Origin: Octopus sinensis | Taxonomy: Eukaryota | Assembly (NCBI RefSeq): GCF_006345805.1 | Contig: NC_043003.1 | Coordinates: 38,316,001-38,380,000 of the forward strand | Length of the DNA stretch: 64,000 nt | Direction of reading: 5' to 3' | Part shown: positions 24,999-64,000 of the stretch, in pieces | Position numbering within the stretch: the first letter of the stretch is position 1 | How the letters are laid out: the number at the start of each line of letters is the position of its first letter | Translations under genes and position numbers: made by a program | The notes under the pieces: generated by a model | Database searches by the model: none | Seen by the model: the letters and a program-made list of their open reading frames with translations, nothing else | What the model was told of the DNA's origin: nothing

Positions 24999-26547
24999 TA
25001 AACTCAAAGAGCAACTAGAAAGTGAAACTTAGGATGTCTCATAGATAGTGGTGGCAATGGTGTTGGAGGTGGTAGATGTGGTTATCATGGCAGTGGTGGT
25101 GTAGTGGTGACAGTGGATGTGTATGATGGCAGAAATTATAGTGTTGGTGTTTTTGTAGAGGTGGTGGTGGTGGTGGTGGCAGTGGATGATGATGATAGTA
25201 GTAGTAGCATTGATTATGTTAGGATGTCTCATGGATGGTAGAGTTGAAGACATTGCAGAGTGTAGTGGTGGTGAAATTGGTGATTTTGAATATGATGCTG
25301 GTATTGATCTTGGGGTTGTGGTTGCAGAAGATGGTTGTGGTGGTGGCATTCGAGGTTGTAGTAATAGTTGTAGTGGTGGTTGTGAAGATGATTCTGATAT
25401 TGATAGTCTTTGCATTGAGGTGGTGGCAGAGTCAGAGTAAATAATAAGAGCCGAGTTAACACAAGATTCTTAAATTTCGGAGATCATAAGATAGAGAGCA
25501 AGAAGTTAAAAGTTCCAATACTGGCCCAATACCTACACCCCAGATTCTTCAACTATTTTATAAGAAAGGGGTTAATGGCAGGATAGGGATTCAGCTTTAA
25601 AATAAATTGTATAACAAAAAATACATAAATAAATTACTGCTCCAACGATGTAATTTTAGTATGTGTGTATGTATGTATGTATGTATGTGTGTGTGTGTAA
25701 GCAATGCAAACAATGGAAAATAATTTAAACACTCATTTTCTGATGTCTAAGGATGGATATTTATGCGTATGAATCTTTTTCTTTTTATTTTCTTTGAAAT
25801 ATAATTCTAGGGAACTGAAAAAGCTGTGTACGATGCCAAGCGAATTTAGCTATTTACGATGAGCGGATGTTTAGGTTACAAACGAATCTGTAGGTCTGTT
25901 TACATGTTTACGTTAACTACGTCACAAAATAGCTGTTTACGTCACAGTAACAATATTTTGAGAGGCAGTAAATAATATGAGGTCGAAAGAAAGAATATCA
26001 TTGGTTAAAATTCGAATTATTAAACAACGTTAAACTTAGAAATTACAATTCCGTTTTCATTTTGGGTTACAATTATGTTTTCTTTTGACACATTCTACCA
26101 GTATACGAAGTTTCAAATTGTTTAGTTAACTAAGAAAATCTGGCCTTCAAACTGAAAAGATCCCTCAAGTTTTAGGGATTCACACAGACAGACACACATT
26201 CTCAGTTTCATATATATAGATAGATAGATATACACCTGCATATAGGTTCATTTTATGAATACAGTAATAATGAATAACACTCACACATACAGATTTACTT
26301 GAACACAGATGCATGCACACACTTGCACATGTATGTATAAAACGATATATAGTAGTACGGAAATTAATAGTCTGAATAGAAGTAGCAGACAAAAATATCG
26401 AGACGATAACGTTGAAAGTTAGTAAATAGAAAGTATCGGTTGTGGGATTATGGTCTTACGAGATCTCGTTAATGTGTAAAAATATAACGATATGAAAGCA
26501 CAGAAATATCAATAGGAAATCATTGTGTGGTGTGTGTGTGTGTGTGT

Positions 26548-26875
26548 GGAAGGTGCATGGCTTTGTGGCTAGGGTATTCGGCTCACTATCTTAAGGTCGT
26601 GAGTTCGATTCCCCGCAGCGCGTTGTGTCTTTGAGCAAGACATTTTATTTCATGTTGCTCCAGTTCGCTCAGCCGGCAAAAATGAGTAGTCCTTATAATT
26701 CAAAGGAGCCAGCCTTGTCACGTTTTGTGTCACGCTGAATCTCCTTGAGAACTATATAAAGGGTACGTGAGTATGGAATACTCTGCCACTTGCATGTTAA
26801 ATTCACAAGCAGGTTGATCAGTTGATCGGATCAATTTGATCCCTCGTCGTCGTAACTAACGGAATGCTAGTTATT
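26548..26875 (+). mobile_element. tRNA-derived SINE, third family
   Basis: A box TGGCTTTGTGG, B box GAGTTCGATTCCC, CORE-like TTGAGCAAGAC. Confidence 0.7.
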
Positions 26876-26949
26876 ATATGTGTATGTGTGTTTCGGAGGT
26901 GGTGGGGTTGAATAAAATCACGGAAGGCAGCAATCTTTCTACTGTAAAT

Positions 26950-27240
26950 TTTTAGACATTTGATTCCTTTTAGACAGCGGCAAATTTTACCTTTACAATG
27001 CATCAAATGAATAGCTATTTTACATCAATAAGAACTCTAAATCTGCTAAACATTCTCGTAGGATTAGTCTTTAGGATTAGTAGGCGTATTACCTCTTTAT
27101 CCATTTTATCGGACGAGAAAATATTTAAAAGTGCTTCACATTATTACAACAAAGCACAGAGAACCATGAACTTTCAGAAAGAATGAATTACATACTTGAA
27201 CCACTTGTTCCTAAGTGTAAAAATAGATCCAGGGGAATTT
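26950..27240 (+). mobile_element. Penelope-like RT C-terminal fragment
   Basis: RISRRITSLSILSDEKIFKSASHYYNKAQRTMNFQKE resembles the PLE RT thumb region. Confidence 0.65.
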
Positions 27241-29468
27241 GTAATGCATTTAAGCTGCAGTCTGAAATTTCTATGAAATTCTTGATCTTGATCTTTCTCT
27301 TCACTTTTCATTCCACCTGTCTGTAAGTGCTACTTCATTGATAACATTTTCATCCTTACGCATGACTACAAAAGATCTTGTAAATACCAGATTTTCAACT
27401 GAAATTCGAAGTAAATTATTGTTGTTCCAACAATGAGTTTCCCACTCATTCAGTCTACTTAATTTCAAGTGCCATTTCTGCAATAAAGCCTTTATCCTTA
27501 CACATGAATGCATAAATAGATATCCATCTGCCTTCTTAAAAGAATATGCCTCACAAAATCACTGATGAAGTTGAATGATGGCTCAATACCAATCTTATGT
27601 TAGATCAACTGCAGGTAGCTTTAAGAAATGATTCTAACCTCACAGGCATTCATTTGTTAATCTAGATGGCTACAGTCTAATGACTGAAACAAGTAAAAGA
27701 TAAAAGAGATCTTTAGTGCAGGTATGGCCGTATGGTTAAGAAGCTTGATCTGCAACCATGTGGTTTCACGTTTAGTCCCACTGTGTGGTACTTTGGGCAA
27801 GTGTTTTGTACTATAGCCTTGGAGTGCCCAATACTTTGTGAGTGAATTTGGTAGACAGAAACTATGTCCTTATAACTCTCTAACAACAATGTCTGTGTGG
27901 TTAATGGAGAATCAAATACATTTGAATTCATCCTTAATTGTAACACAGTTGTTGCATATTTATGGGATTAATTTTCCTATTGGTGGACAACAGTTTTGTT
28001 GATTACTGATTTCCAATGGGCCAGCCACTGGTTCCTAGCACTTTGCATGATAAGAGTGACAAGGAATTGTTTGTAGTAAAAAATATTGAAGAACAAGTGT
28101 TGTAAAAGATTTTAGCTGAAAAGCAACACTGGTTTTTCAGTTTTCTAACTTGTGTTTCTATCTTTTACTAAGATAGTTACACCAAAGATATAGTCAAGCA
28201 TATAGTTTCTGTATACCAAATTCTACTCATGCTCTTTTAGCCAACTTCAGACTATTTGTAGAAAACATTTTCTCATGTGTGTTTGTATGTGTGTGTGTAT
28301 GTGTGCATGCATGCACATGTGTTGTGTAAAACAAACACATACACACACTGCTCACCTATGTCCATATGAATGTACAGATATACCCCATATGAGCACACAT
28401 GCACCCCGCTCTTAATTCCCCTTCTATAGAACCGAATTCCTACCTGGACACTAAATCCTCACCAGTTTTTTTTTTTTTTATCCCAATCACTTTTTCTCAT
28501 GTATTGTCCTCTTTTAATTTTCCTTCTGATGAATGACTAGTGTCCAAAATATCAAAACTTTTTCCCCTACTTTTAAACATTAAATTAATGCAACATTTTA
28601 AAAAAAAATTTGTTCCATCTGTGTTGTCTTCATTTTTTTTTCTGTGTGTTCATGCCAGTGCCATATAGAAAGCACCCTGTACCTTCTGTAAAATGATTAG
28701 CATTAAGAAAGACATCCAGCTGTAAAAAGCAAGCACAAACATACAATTGGAACCTAGTGCAGCTCTCCAGCCTGCCAATTCTAGCCAAAATGGTCATCCC
28801 ATGCTGCATGGAAAACAGCAGTTGAATGATGGTAATGATGACAATGTGTATGTGTGTATGTAGTCATCTTAGGCTTTAAAAAGAAAACAATAGGGTAAAT
28901 TTGCTGGAGTAAACTCTTGAAAGACTGCAAATAAAAGATAAACAGTAAAAGATATATGTACAATAGGTCTACAAAAACAAAACATAATGTGAAGCTTCTT
29001 AACAATTTCTGCTATACTGATTCACTTCTGGATTCAGTATTTTAATTCATTGTCATCATTAGAATAGATTGCTACTTGAATAACAGTAAAATGCGACATG
29101 ACTTAAAGAAAGGTATTATTAGCTCAACTGAAAAGAACTCTCTTTGTTAATATTCTATTGTGGTTAAAATGGATTAAAGAACTAAATATTTTGATTAAAT
29201 ATTATTGGTTTCACTTGTAACACCTCCTTCATATTCTAGCCTTAAAGAATTGATGACCTTTTTTTTTTAATATTACAAGATTCTAACTGCAGTTAGATGA
29301 AAGTTTGGAGGGATTTAATAGATGTAATTGTTAGGAATATAATGTAAGCAATCCAAAGACACAGTGTTGGATGACACAACTGTGCTGATAAAGATTGAAT
29401 ATTACGATCTTGTACACTTGCTTAATGATTCTTCCTTTACTGCTTTAGCAAACACAATGAAGCTTATG

Positions 29469-29510
29469 CTTTGCTGATGAGGCTACAATAATGCTGAAAC
29501 ATGTCTGGAG
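29469..29510 (+). ncRNA. Decayed minimal hammerhead motif (Penelope LTR type)
   Basis: ctttg-CTGATGA-GGC tacaataat GCT-GAAA-CATGTC-tggag. Stem I holds only by G-U wobbles. Confidence 0.55.
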
Positions 29511-29629
29511 TTGTTTCTCATTCTTGATGAAATAATTAAAGGATATAGTTCTTTGAAAAGTGGTTGATGATTAGAAAGGCATGCAAAGAACAATGACAAA
29601 TATGGCAACAACAAAGAATTGTAGTTTTC

Positions 29630-29635
29630 TTTATT
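29630..29635 (-). terminator. Possible EFCAB7 polyadenylation signal AATAAA
   Basis: AATAAA on the minus strand about 225 nt after the stop codon. No transcript evidence. Confidence 0.3.
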
Positions 29636-29857
29636 GTTGTGTATACCAAATGACAAAGCTAAGATGCTGGGTTAGAACAAACCTGTTCAGCCCATGCTAG
29701 CATTGGAAAAAATGTATGTAAAGCAATGATACTTCTTCTTTGTTTCGTAATTATTTCCAGTAAGAATTTGTAATATTTTCTGCAATAGGAATTTTAACAG
29801 AACCTCCACTATTTGAATATTACAGTTTCATACTAAAATAAGTACCATATGCATTCT

Positions 29858-64000
<34,143 letters not shown>

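Noticed and set aside
25029-25462. Pro/Ser/Thr-rich ORFs, possible mucin-like exon
   Set aside because: Low complexity, open in several frames, partly duplicated at 342-527, and no convincing splice sites.
26548-26625. tRNA-like A and B boxes
   Set aside because: This is a SINE head continuing into CORE-like sequence, with no complete cloverleaf.
27301-27477. Minus-strand 58-codon frame with a CAG acceptor and faint similarity to the EFCAB7 C-terminus
   Set aside because: Better-matching exons with strong splice sites were found at 32987-33094 and 29858-29929. The similarity is probably chance.
28521-28556. CTGATGA followed by a weak hairpin and AAAATATC
   Set aside because: GAAA and stem II are not intact. 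It may be an old relic but cannot be supported from this copy.

Overview
AT-rich, microsatellite- and transposon-dense animal genomic DNA. The SINE/MITE repertoire looks like Octopus (coleoid cephalopod); this is recognition from memory, not a database hit. One protein-coding gene is supported: the 3' two-thirds of EFCAB7 on the minus strand. It has 9 coding exons from 64000 (cut by the window edge) to the stop at 29858, all with GT-AG sites and consistent phases. The first ~27 kb has no recognisable gene. It holds Helitrons, a near-identical ~8 kb tandem duplication (about 4012-20225) and Penelope-like LTR fragments. The most notable structural finding is a set of hammerhead ribozyme motifs. 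Two have intact catalytic cores and unusually long stem II hairpins, and face each other across one (TA)n tract at 21.0-21.5 kb. Several decayed minimal copies lie elsewhere. Other points of interest are fold-back palindromes anchored in (TA)n, a ~29-copy 84-bp intronic satellite carrying an octamer motif in most units, a mariner MITE with inverted flanks, and double-headed Helitron composites. No rRNA, tRNA gene or CRISPR array was found. Nearly all ORFs in the supplied track are microsatellite or repeat artefacts.
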